This document shows, one piece after another, positions 42,752-54,119 of a stretch of DNA of 64,000 nucleotides. Location of the stretch: NCBI RefSeq assembly GCF_021028975.2, contig NC_059428.1, forward strand, positions 138,942,001 through 139,006,000, given 5' to 3'. Positions within the stretch are counted from its first letter, which is position 1, and each line of letters begins with the position of its first letter. The DNA is from Sphaerodactylus townsendi. Its lineage: Eukaryota. A program made the position numbers and the translations under genes. The notes under the pieces were generated by a model. It was not told where the DNA came from. It ran no database searches and was given only the letters and a program-made list of their open reading frames with translations.

Positions 42752-45700
42752 TCACATGGTCCGGCTGTATTCAATGCTGCTCTTTGCTGAGATACTTGAC
42801 CACGGTAAAAGGCTGCAGAGGAGGCTCTGGGCTTGGCGGTAAATCCGCTGAGGAATCGTACAGGGGCTCAGACTGGCCAAGGCTGACCCAATGTGTTGGA
42901 GGTAATCCGTGCGCTGCCGTTAAGGAAGAGAACAAGGAGGACTGGGACAGACACAGGGGAGGGGCCACTCCTGCTGCACTGAACACGTTGACATTTTGCA
43001 CATTACACAGGGACAAACCAAAATGTTCTGCTGTGCCCCCAGAGCACACCCCATGGAGTCCCTCTTTTCTTCCAGGTCTTGCAACCCCACATCCAGTGGG
43101 ATGCATCCCATTCAGACTCCCAAGCCCTCTGTTTGCAGACCGCTGGGCAAGATCCTCTTCCCCCAGCTCCACTCGGGCTTCTTGGGACTGCACTGCTCCA
43201 GACGCAGCCCCATCACTAGCAAAGGATATAAGATTGTCCAGGGAGGGTGCCCGCCGTTGATGTACAGGACGTAAGTGAAGCCATCTTTGAGTACGCCCCT
43301 GATGGAGTAATAATAGGGCAGGTAGTGGTGCTGCTTGAAGTCTCTGTTCTCGTAGAAATTGATTGCGGTGTTGTTGGAGGTGAGGACGTGCAAATAGATG
43401 GCTTTGCAGTGGTCCTGGGCTGTGCTGGAGATGTGGTCTTTCAAGCTTTCCAGCAAGAGTGAGCCTGCCACAAGAGGGGACATGTGAGAAACAATGGGGA
43501 GCCCCGCCAGCACCCCCCTCCTCAGGGCTGGGCCAAGAACGTTTCCCCATTATGCATCTTGCCAAGAGGATGCAGACAGCTCAGGGGCTGCCAAAGGCCT
43601 GCATGAAAATCTGCACAGTGAAGCCCAAACCTCTGGCCAGATGCCATGCTGTGGAAATGTTTCCAGCTATTTTACCAGCACACTACATCTGGCAGAGCGA
43701 GCCAAAAGCCGGGCTCCTGAGGAGACCTGCCAAAATGTGAGCACCTTCCCCCTGCCAAGAACTGCAGGGCGATTTTATACCAATCTTCCTTAATCAAACT
43801 GCACCTTGAGGGAGCTTCAGCTCTGGCTGTGCATCTTTGCTGTAGACACAGAAAAGGCTTCCAAGGAATCTTACTTTTCTTTAAGGAAACAAAAACCAGG
43901 GAGGGAGGAAGCTTGTTTTCTGCTGCTCCAGAGACGAGAACCAGGAGTGACGGGTTCAAGGTGCAGGAAAAGAGATCCCACCTAAACATCAGGAGAAACT
44001 TCCTGACCTTCGGGGCTGTCTTGACAGTGGAATTTACTGCCTTGGGAGTGTGGTGGAGTCTCCTTCTTTGCAGGTTTTTAAAGAGAGGCTGGGTGGCCAT
44101 CTGTCAGGACTGCTTGGATTGTGTGTTCCTGCAATGCAGGGGGTTGGGCTTGCTGGCCCTTGGGGGTCTCTTCTGACTCAATGATTCTACCTCTGCGTTA
44201 TGACCCTGGACTTCCTTCATGTTCTCTCCTAACCAGGGCTGACCTCGCTTAGCTTCTGAGATCAGCTGAGATGAGGCTACCTCTGGCCACCCAGGTCAGG
44301 GCATGTTATTCCCTCTTTGATAAGACTTTTTTTTTTACCCATTTATCTGGGATAAACAAAGTAACCAGTCTAGTCATAGTTTTTGCTTCTAACATTTCGC
44401 CTGCATCTATGACTGGCATCTGAAGTGTGGAAAACCCACAACAGTCACTAGATTCTGGTCATGAAAGCCTCAATTAATCAGTCTAGCTTCCCAGGATCTT
44501 CTAGATCCCTTAAAAAATTGGCATGCAATTTGTTGTCTTTGTCTTCTAGCACAAAGATCAAATTTCAAATAGCCCATCATGTGGGAAACTGAGGCAGAAC
44601 AAAACAACCTTCGTAGCACAGAAATGATAAGGAGCCATTCAGATGTGTTAGTGCTCAGGATGTGAGATGATACCAGCCCACAGACAGCTGAGCAAAGGAA
44701 AAGGCCCTTACCGATGCCATGCTTTCGGAATTCTTTCACCACGCCGAGGCTTAAAATGTAGGCCACTTGAGTATCCACAGGAAAGCTGGAAGCCAGAATG
44801 TCACCATCCTAGAAAGGGGAGCGGGGAACCATGTCAGAGGTCAGACATCAGCACCCAGGCTCTTCTGCCTTGGGTTCATTTGAAAAAAGAGATTCCCTGG
44901 CAACAAAATTGAACCATCTGGAGTAAAACAGAACTACCCTCATCCTTTACCCAGTGGATAAAGACTGTGACACCCTTTTCTGATGAGACTGTATTTGGAC
45001 AGACTGTTATGTTGTGGGACATCTAGCGACTGGGTCTGAAGGCAGATGCTGACTTAAAACAGATGACAATTACAGGGTAAGAGGCAACCTTTGGCCAAAG
45101 GCGATCAAGGGGTGCATGTCTCCTCCAGGAGAGGGGCCCTTGGCCTACCTCTTTGTGTACTTTTGTCCGACTCTTGATCTCGGCTACTATCATTCCCACA
45201 ATGAGGCCTCGGTAAGTGGCTGCCAAGGAGAAAAACTTCTTGTTCGAAGTGATGTCCCGATACCATGAGTCAGGGTACCTGGGGAGAAAGCAAACAGAGA
45301 CAGGGAGGAGGCTGTTGACAAGTCCAGGCTGGCTAATGAAAAAGAGAGCCGAACTCTCGGAATAATGAGAACTAGGAGGGGAAATGTTCTGATGCTGTGC
45401 GGGACTCCCTTTCAAGCACTGTAGCTCTCTTGACTCAGATGGGTCCTCCACAGACACTGCCTGATTGTGGCAAACTGGCCAGGATGATATAGTGGGGAAA
45501 AGGAGTTTGGGTTCATATCCTGCTTTTTTTCACCACAAGGAATCTCACAGTGGCTCACAAACTCCTTCCCTTCCTCTCCCCACAACAGGCAACTTGTGAG
45601 GCAGGTGGAGCTGAGAGAGTTCTGGAGGAGCTGTGACTCTTTTAAGCATGTGGAGGAGCCAGGAAACAAATCTGGTTCACCAAATAACAGTCTGCTGTTC

Positions 45701-46071
45701 ATGTGGAGGAGTGGGGAATCAAACTGCCAGATTAGAATCTGCCACTCTTAGCCACTACACCATACTTGTTTCACTGTGGGGCAGGGGGTATCATCACATG
45801 TCCTTGGGCCCTTCCTATAGCCCTCTTCCCACCCCAAACCCCCATGTATCCCCAAACTGAAGCTCAGGATTGCCTCCGCTCCTCTGTACAGCTCACCGGA
45901 TTTCGTGGCCTTTCTCCCTCCTGACACCCCTCCCAACCCCAAAGCAAGGACTGTTACATACTCTATTGGGAACCAATCGCCGCAAAGCTGCTTGACCATG
46001 TCTATGTCATCATGGCACAGAAGGCGGAGGCTGATCTCACTAAGTGCAGTCGGGGGCACCTCCTCGGTCAT
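42752..46071 (-). CDS. NAA60: N-alpha-acetyltransferase 60 (NatF), 242 aa
   Basis: Exons 46071-45962 (MTEEVPPTALSEISLRLLCHDDIDMVKQLCGDWFPIE), 45278-45149, 44808-44712 (YILSLGVVKEFRKHGIG), 43464-43230 (KAIYLHVLTSNNTAINFYE..GGHPPWTIL), 42908-42752 (DYLQHIGSALASLSPCTIPQRIYRQAQSLLCSLLPWS..SRTM*); total 729 nt. A 3'UTR intron starts 7 nt after the stop (donor 42744). Confidence 0.97.
42909..43229 (-). other. NAA60: U12-type (minor spliceosome) AT-AC intron in NAA60
   Basis: 5' splice site ATATCCTTT (43229-43221), branch point TTCCTTAAC (42927-42919), 3' end ..GCAC (AC at 42910-42909). Removing it restores the frame (TT|G GAT = L D). Confidence 0.95.
43900..44190 (+). mobile_element. CR1 LINE 3' fragment
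   Basis: LFSAAPETRTRSDGFKVQEKRSHLNIRRNFLT in ORF 43829..44176. Confidence 0.8.
44190..44305 (-). mobile_element. 5S rRNA-derived SINE head
   Basis: Minus strand GATCTCAGAAGCTAAGCGAGGTCAGCCCTGGTTAG resembles 5S rRNA. Confidence 0.55.
45500..45765 (-). mobile_element. Squam3-like SINE, degenerate
   Basis: Reverse-complement family consensus. Confidence 0.65.
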
Positions 46072-47082
46072 TCACACCTAAAGGGGAGGGACAAGGCAAA
46101 GTCCGTTTGGGTGAACGTCGCCCACGTAAACAGGAGCGGTCAGCAAAGCAGGAAGTCACCAGACAGAGAATAAAGGAGACCGTCACCATTTGCCCCCTCT
46201 TCTTAATTAGCAATTTTTAAATGTATTTTCACAGTATAATTGACAGACATAGAAACAAGATACGAAACAAAAAGAATTCAAAACAGATAGAAATAGAACC
46301 AATAGGAACACAGCACATCTACCCAAAACTGTATTAACATAATCATTACACAGTGGATCCCAATGTGACATTCTAATATTTTCAGAGAAACCATTCCCAA
46401 ACCTTTAAATCACTATCTCTTATAACTTAATAATTATCCAGGTTTTTTATTTTTACACGATCAATTCTGCTTCATATATGAAATAAAATTCCCATCTCTC
46501 ATCAAATTCATGTTTTGCAGTTTGCCCGTTGCCATTACTCCCTCCTCACTTCCCACCACAAAAGACAACCAGTGTTCAGAGGTCTTATTCAAGACTTTTA
46601 GTTCACTTTTTAAAATGCTGGTAATTGATCTATCGATATATTGATATATTAATAAGATTAAAGGCAAAAAAGATTATATTAAAAAATTTAAGCATGCGTG
46701 ACAGACAACCTGTGAAACATCCCCCCCCCCCCCCCGATCCAAGCAAAAACCAGCTGCAAACAGGGTGGGGGGTAATAATGGCAAACATGCTCTGAAACAA
46801 AGACTTTCTGACATCGTGGAAACCTCGCCGTGCATAATCAGCATTTCTCTGGCTTTCTGACAGCCTGTTTGTATCAGGACTGAGGGAGAGAAGCCATATT
46901 CTTGTAATTTCCATGTACAATTTTCAGTCATTTGGAATAACAACTATCTTGGGAGAATTACAGGCCTTAGTCCATGAAGTTTGAACCAATATTTGTTAAG
47001 ATGAACCCACATACGAGCCTTAAGAGGAACTACCTCAGTCTCCAGTCTAAGGAGAATATTTGGTACACAGCACAGAACTCCT

Positions 47083-47500
47083 ATCATAGAATGGAAGCAT
47101 AGAGTTGGAAAAGACCACAAGGGCGGTCCAGTCCAACCCCCTGCCATGCAAGAAGACACAACCAAAGCACTTCTGACAGATGGCCATCCAGCCTCTCTTT
47201 AAAAACCTCCAGAGAAGAAGACTCCACCACCACCCACTTTCTACTGTCCAACAGCCCTTACTTTCAGGAAGTTCTTCCTAGTGTTTAGGTACCTTGAATC
47301 CATTACTCCGTGTCCTAGTCTCTGAGGCAGCGCAGCAGAAAAACAAGCTTGTCTCATCTTCAACATGACAGCTTTTCAAATTTATCATGTTACTCCTTAA
47401 CCTTCTCATCTCCAGGCTAAACATACTGAGCTCTCTAAGCTCCTCCTCATATGGAATGGAATCCATACTTTTTACCATTTTGGTAATTTGCTGAACTGCT
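47083..47500 (-). mobile_element. CR1 LINE 3' fragment
   Basis: ITKMVKSMDSIPYEEELRELSMFSLEMRRLR in ORF 47278..47514. Confidence 0.8.
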
Positions 47501-47576
47501 TCCAAAAGGTACAAATCTGGAAACCATAAGTTGATTGAGAAACCACCTTCCCATAAAAGACTCTAATTGCAGTGGG

Positions 47577-47985
47577 AGCATAAGAACATAAGAACTAGCC
47601 TGCTGGATCAGACCAGAGTCCATCTAGTCTAGCACTCTGCTACTCGCAGTGGCCCACCAGGTGCCTTTGGGAGCTCATGTGCAGGATGTGAAAGCAATGG
47701 CCTTCTGCTGCTGCTGCTCCTGAGCACCTGGTCTGCTAAGGCATTTGCAATCTGAGATCAAGGAGGATCAAGATTGGTAGCCATAGATCGACTTCTGCTC
47801 CATAAATCTGTCCAAGCCCTTTTTAAAGCTATCCAGGTTAGTGGCCATCACCACCTCCTGTGGCAGCATATTCCAAACACCAATCACACGTTGCGTGAAA
47901 AAGTGTTTCCTTTTATTAGTCCTAATTCTTCCCCCCAGCATTTTCAATGAATGCCCCCTGGTTCTAGTATTGTGAGAAAGAGAGA
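47577..47985 (-). mobile_element. CR1 LINE 3' end (young family)
   Basis: Near-identical to 9036-9486. Confidence 0.9.
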
Positions 47986-49232
47986 GTGGTGCTTAAGGGA
48001 GATCTTTTGGTTATTAATTCTGTCCATCCATGGGTTAAACATTGATAGGACTGAATTGCTTGCTCAGCAGAAGAAGCCGGAATCACATCGTTACAAAGGG
48101 TTTGGTCTAAACGGAGGAATTTTTGCCATTCAACTTTCCCAGTCCACAGGATTCTATGGAATTTTGAGTTAAGATATTAGCAGTAGGTTGAATAAAACCA
48201 GTACAAACCTTAATATTCAAATTAGATTTTATACTGAAACAAACTATGACTGGCTCTTTTGGATATCTTTTGGTTGAGGTTACCCATTAGTCCACATTAT
48301 CCATCTGAAGAAAGCCTCTCCAAATTTCTATTTCCAGCTTGCACTATATTCTGGAACCCGCTATCTCTTTATCTCCCCTATCTCCCCTGCTTGACTTTTT
48401 TTTTTTTTTACTGTTAAAGGGATAAAATTGGGATGTGGGGCGGAGTAGATTATTAAGTTTGGGGTCTGGGTCTCCTTTTGAGATAGCCATCTTGAGATAT
48501 ATATGTAATTTTTAGAGTTAAGTAATTTATTACTGGAATGTTAATGCTTTATGTTTTAGTCCTTGTAAGTCACCCTGAGCCCAGTTTCAGCTGAAATGGG
48601 AGCAGTAGAAGTATAATAAAATAAATACAGAAAATCACTACCTGAAGTTTCAGACAAAGGGGCCGCCTTATTCCTGTTCTTGTTACCATATGTACACCTA
48701 CAGGAACTTCCTTGGGTCCTTACAGGCGCCTATTTCCCCACATTCACTCCCACCAAGCCATTTCACAGCCTTCTAATCACATGCCATTCCATCCACAGTT
48801 TTCTCTCCACAAAGCAAGGGCCCTCTTCCAAAGTGGCAGCTAAGGTTATGCCATCAGCAAACACTAACCATATGAAAACTGCCACCAGATAGCCTTTCAA
48901 AACTATAGGGTTCATGGCGTATAAAAATAGGGGGAGGGGGAAAGGCTGTGAAGTTGGGCTATAAATAATTATTACAATTTGCAATCCTTTGGCTGTTAAT
49001 ATTAAATGTATTATACACAAACACTGGCATGTTGTTGCTAATTTACCAGGCTGTGTAAAACCAATCCTTGCGGCATTTAAGAAAACAAGATATTTATGTG
49101 ATATTATGGTCAGGTATGATTTTTCATATTCTGTAAGTAATGTTGATGGACTTGTGGAACATTATATTTTTGGTAGCTGTTCCATTTGTCCTTTAAACAT
49201 GGCAATTAAAAGGTTAGACAGTCTACAAATTA

Positions 49233-49448
49233 GAGTGTTGTGGGTTTTACAGGTTGTATGGCCATGTTACAGTGGCATTTTCTCCTGATGTTTTGCCTGC
49301 ATCTGTGGCTGGCGTCTTCCAAGATCCTCTGAAGATGCCAGCCACAAATGCAGGTGAAACGTCAGGAGAAAATGCTACTGAACATGGCTATCCAACCTGG
49401 AAAACCCACAACACCCTAGTGATTCTGGTCGTGAAAGCCTTCAACAAA
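49233..49448. mobile_element. Penelope-like-derived inverted-repeat element with hammerhead motif at 49325-49367 (+)
   Basis: TCCTCTGAAGATGCC..GGTGAAACGTCAGGA; tail GTGATTCTGGTCGTGAAAGCCTTCAACAA on the right. Confidence 0.8.
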
Positions 49449-50979
49449 TCTACGAGTTGTTTTCAAGAGCATCTTGGCACCTTTTGAATTGTAATTCAAA
49501 AAACGTTACTTATGTTATAAAACATCCCTGTGATTTATTATACACAGAGATGAGCAAAAACTTGCAGTATTGAACATGTCCTATATACTGAATAATTGCA
49601 TAGAGGCCTGATGCTTGTCACACATTTTATTGAAAGAGGTCCTTCTGAGAAAGACAAGACGATTTTGTGTTATAAGAAAGTACAAGCCATATAAGTACAA
49701 TCAGAATGTGTCAACACGTTACACTCTGACAAGAAACAGCCTTGAATTTATTGCTTAAGAACTTTTCACCATATGGTATGAATGTTTAAATGGATTTATC
49801 ATGCTTCCTGTAATACTCTTCTAGATATGAGGTTGTACAATTGGAGTAATGTTTATACAGGCCCCATTAAAATGTATTACCTATAGTTGTAGAAGGTTTA
49901 GTGGCACACAGCTATTAGTGAGTGCTAGTCGGAAACATGGTAGGAATGCTCTGATGAGGTGTACAACTGCAGTAATGGTACAGATATTTTTGGAATGTAT
50001 TTCTCTATTTTAATAATTATTTACAGCCTATCTTCACAGTGGGTTTCCCCTGTACTTTTAAAACAGCAGACATGGGAAGATCCATTATTCAAAGCTCAAA
50101 CTGAAAATAAGAACTCAGGGTCTCCATTATTTATACCAAGGGGCACTTAGCGCCAGACAGAATTCCAAGGAAAGTATCAAGTCTACCACCACATCAGCAG
50201 CTCCCTCTCCAAACTTGAGACAAAATCACACATCACTGAATCTACAGGGGATGCAGCATAAGCCCAAGAAAACCAAGAGGCAGAGCTCTAGAATCAGATG
50301 ACAGGACCAAGGAGAGGAGAATCCATCACAGGACCTGCACTCCAAACCAAGCACCCAAAGTCTCTTCCAATTTCTGACACCCGTCTGCTTCCTCACATTA
50401 AAGAGGCACCAAGTGAAACTGATACCTCAATCTACTCCTCCATTGCCTGGTCTGGCCAGTGGGTTTACAGAAGAAAACAAGGAGCAAGAGTCCCAGGAAA
50501 AAAACAGGAAATGGGAATGCTTTTCATTTCATTTCTTGGACTTGCACCCCGCCCTCCCCCGTAGGGCTCAGGAGAGAGTTATTAAAGCCTAGAAGGTTGG
50601 GGTTTAGTCAACCCACAGAGGACGGACTTATTCAGGACACCCCCTCCCCCAATCTACTGTATCTCAAATTCCTCAACAGAAAAAGTGCGAAATAAATCGC
50701 AGTAACTAAGTCAACACAGGACCAGGAGAGGAAGAGAGTGCGGCTCTACCCCAGGTGAGGGGGCCTGCCCCCGTGGCTGACATCCCATTGTGGCCTTTAA
50801 GGATTTGCTTGGAAGAGTCAGATATTCGTTTTGTTTACCCAGCGTTGCAACGACAAAACAGGTGCTCCTGCGCAACACCGGAAACACCGGCTTCGAAAGA
50901 TAAACTGAAGATGAAATTATCAGATCTTTCCAGGCAGCCCCTGGGAACGGACTTCCCCCGGTCCTCTCCCAGAGGACCC

Positions 50980-51930
50980 CCACCCACTCCCGCACGGGGG
51001 GTGCCGGGGCCAGGGCAGGAAGTGGCGCCCTTGGAACTGCCTGCTTTGGGCCTCTGCCCGAGCAAAGGTCCCGCCAAGGCAGAGGGCAGGAGCAGGAAGG
51101 AAGTCGACACAGGCGGGGGGGGAGGGGGGAGAGACTCCCGGGGTCAGGCAGAGGGCCCGGCCTGGACTCCCTCCCGCACTCCCAGGGCGACGCTGCTGCT
51201 GCTGCTGCCACTCAAGCAGCCCCCCCCCCCGGCCACTCAACTGGGCGGCTGCTGAAGGGGGGCAGCGCGAGGGCGGGCGATTCAGCCCCCCCGCGCCACA
51301 ACTCCCCCGGGGGGGGGGCGAGCCTCACCTTCTTGCCAGGCCTCAGGCTCTCAGCAGGGCCGGCCACGGGCAGCGCTGCTGGGGGGTCCAGGCCGGCGGG
51401 GAAGGCGCTGTGGCCCTCCAGGGCCCTCCCCCCCTCGCCTGGCCCGCCGACCCAGAAGCCGCACAGACCGGGCAGAAGGAACCGCAGTCTCCTCTCCACC
51501 CCCCCCCCCCGCACCACCACCACCACCACCACCACCACCACCACCACACAACCACACACAGAGATCACGGCCGCCCTGCTCTGCGGGGCTGTGGTGCTAG
51601 CGCAGCCATCCTTCACGGCCCAGCCTTTCGCCTCAGGCGGCTTGAGGGGTCCTCTGGGGGTGGCTGCCCCCCGCCTACTCGCCTGAGGGAGGGCGGCTGC
51701 CCCAGCGCGAGGCAGCGGCGTCCGGGCTCGGCTTCCCTCGGCGATACGACTCCTCTTAGCGGCCGGCTGCGACGGGCCCACCCCGCAAGAAGGCGCCGCC
51801 CCATTGGCCATCCCCGTGGGAGCCGCTCACGTGACCCTGACGGTCGCGGTGACGCCATCTTGGAGGAGGGCGAAGAAGAGCGCATGGCCAGCAGACCGAC
51901 TTTTCCCTTTCACCTCTACCGGTTGCCACT
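50980..51930 (-). promoter_or_regulatory. NAA60: CpG-island promoter and non-coding first exon(s) of NAA60
   Basis: CpG-dense; YY1-type AAGATGGCG (51861-51853), E-box TCACGTGA 51827-51834, CCAAT near 51803; minus-strand donor AAG|GTGAGG at 51328. Confidence 0.7.
51512..51547. repeat. (CAC)n trinucleotide microsatellite in the NAA60 CpG island
   Basis: About 12 CAC units after a poly-C run. Confidence 0.9.
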
Positions 51931-52624
51931 CCAGGTTCCCCTGGAGAAAGTGGCTGCTTTGTCATATGGGCTCTAAAGGGCATCACATCCCTTCAGTGCT
52001 CCCTCCCCGCACCATATCCTACCCTGAGATCTCCAGTAATTCCCTGCCTGGAGCTGGCAACTGCAGTGGCCATGCTGCTCCCCCTCCGCCGCCTGGAGCC
52101 ACTCACACGATGCTTTCACACACAGGGAACAATGCACTTTTCAGGCGCCAATGCAGCCATTTTCACACCTGAGGAAAACTGGTCTGCATCACCTGGAGAT
52201 CGGTTAGATTCCAGTCCAGGAGCCCCTTCAAGGCCACAAAAGAGTTTCAGGGGATCAGTTTCTAAGTGTCAAAGCTCCCATGGTCACAAATACCCAGAAA
52301 TGCAGGTTTCAGTGCTGGAAAAGACAATCATGCCAGGAAACATCAAAGGCCCAACATGAAATGGATGAACTCAAGGATGTCACACCCCTCAATTTGCAAG
52401 ACCTGAGCAAAACGATTGGACGTTTTGGAGTTCACCATAAGTTGGAAGTGACTAGATGGCACCTAACAGAGGTGAGAAGGGCTTTGTAAAGGACGCTGAG
52501 GTGCAGCTGAGAACAGCTTGATTAGAGCAGGGGGGAAAGCTTGGGGGTGAAAAACTAGCACCTGTGGTGAGATAAAAATCTGATATGCCTATTCAGTGCC
52601 CCCCCCCCCAATGGGGGAGTGGGA

Positions 52625-52630
52625 TTTATT
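52625..52630 (-). terminator. Candidate polyA signal (AATAAA) for INTS15
   Basis: Plus-strand tttatt about 1.5 kb downstream of the INTS15 stop and upstream of the NAA60 CpG island. Confidence 0.45.
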
Positions 52631-54119
52631 GTTCTGAAATGGTGTTGAGAGATCCTAGTGCTGTCTTCCAGCTTGACTGACTGCTTTTCAAACATGCTGA
52701 ATGATGCATTTCTCAACCTGGAGATTGGCAACCCTACTTCAATCCATTTGAAAGCAGTCATGTCTCCGCCAGTAACTAATTCTGCCCTTTTAAAGCCCCA
52801 GAAGAAATCCTGGCTGGCCTAAGTTAGATAAGAGATCTGTGGAACCTTAATGCTGCTAGGCTGTTTTTCACAGGGTGCACCAGTCCCCAAAAGATGCTTC
52901 TGCACTGTTTCCAGGGGAAGAAGTCATATAGACAGTGGAGGATGCTGTATTTGTAATTCCTTGAGAAAGCAATGAGCTGCATGGCAACACACCTGAAACC
53001 AGCTTGCAGATGAGGTGGAATTGGTGCATGGGGGTGCAGTGGGGCTCAGCCCTCTGCTGAAAGCAGGACTACCCCAGCATTTCTTAAGAACTTGCCTGAC
53101 TGATTTTTCTTTCCCAACATCTAAAGCTAGGGGGGGGGGGGGGGGGGGGGCTAAGAGAGATGCAAGAAGAGGGCCTGTGTACACAGGGACCAATTGCCTT
53201 CAGAGTACAAAATTGGGAGCACTGGCAAAAATATTTCTGCCACAGTCTATCAGAGCAAAGCTTATGGGTGAGACCCTCAGAAGGCAATCTCATTAAAATA
53301 CCAGCCCTTGTTGCAATGTCTAAGGACACAAAAGTAGGATACTGGCACGTTGGGACATTCTCTCCCCTTCATTTCCAGTGGTGGATTGTGGCACAAGCTC
53401 ACAGTCATATGCATCAGGGCCCCATTTTGGCATGTCAAAATCAGTGGAGTTCTCTCTTGCTGTCAAACTTTTAAGCAGAAATGCTACACAAAAGTGCACC
53501 AGTTACAATTTTCCTGTGAAAATTCACCTCAACTTGTCAACTGAAATAATTACCCCCAGGGAAGGGGCCCCAACTAAACTGAATTTGTCAAATACAAATA
53601 AAATTGTAGAAAAATACAATTGTAGGAAAGTGACAATTGCTTTTTTGTGTCCCACTCGCCCCGCCACACACTTTACCTCAACATGCCACATTGCTATGCT
53701 CCAAAGTAAAAACGGCATACAAAAATTAAAAAAGGCAAATTTTATACATACATGTTCACAGAGAAAAGCTAATATATTAACTGGAAGCTCTTCTGGCTCC
53801 TCTGCAAGCCTCATCTGAATTTCTACTGATGAAGAATTGGGGATGAGATTTCCCCATCCCAGGCACTGCAGTAGCAAAAGTCCACCTATATCCACAAGGC
53901 TTCTTATATACACAACAGGGTTTACTTTAAAAAGACTGTCCCGTTTTTATATCCGGTGCCACTGGTTCACTCTCAGAATAGAAGAACTCTCTCCAGACAT
54001 CATGCAGCAGCATTAAACACGGAGGTAAAAGAATGGTGTCCCAAGGGGATTGGGACGTCTGTGTAGGCTCCCAGTGGAAGGGAAACAGCTTTGCCAGTTG
54101 GAGCTTGGAAGAAATTCCT

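Noticed and set aside
46200-50030. AT-rich intronic stretches that look like old LINE remnants
   Set aside because: Too degenerate to assign a family or boundaries by eye, apart from the CR1 and Penelope-derived pieces listed.
51343-51976. ORFs with poly-His, poly-Thr, poly-Trp or poly-Val tracts
   Set aside because: Translations of the (CAC)n microsatellite in the NAA60 CpG island.
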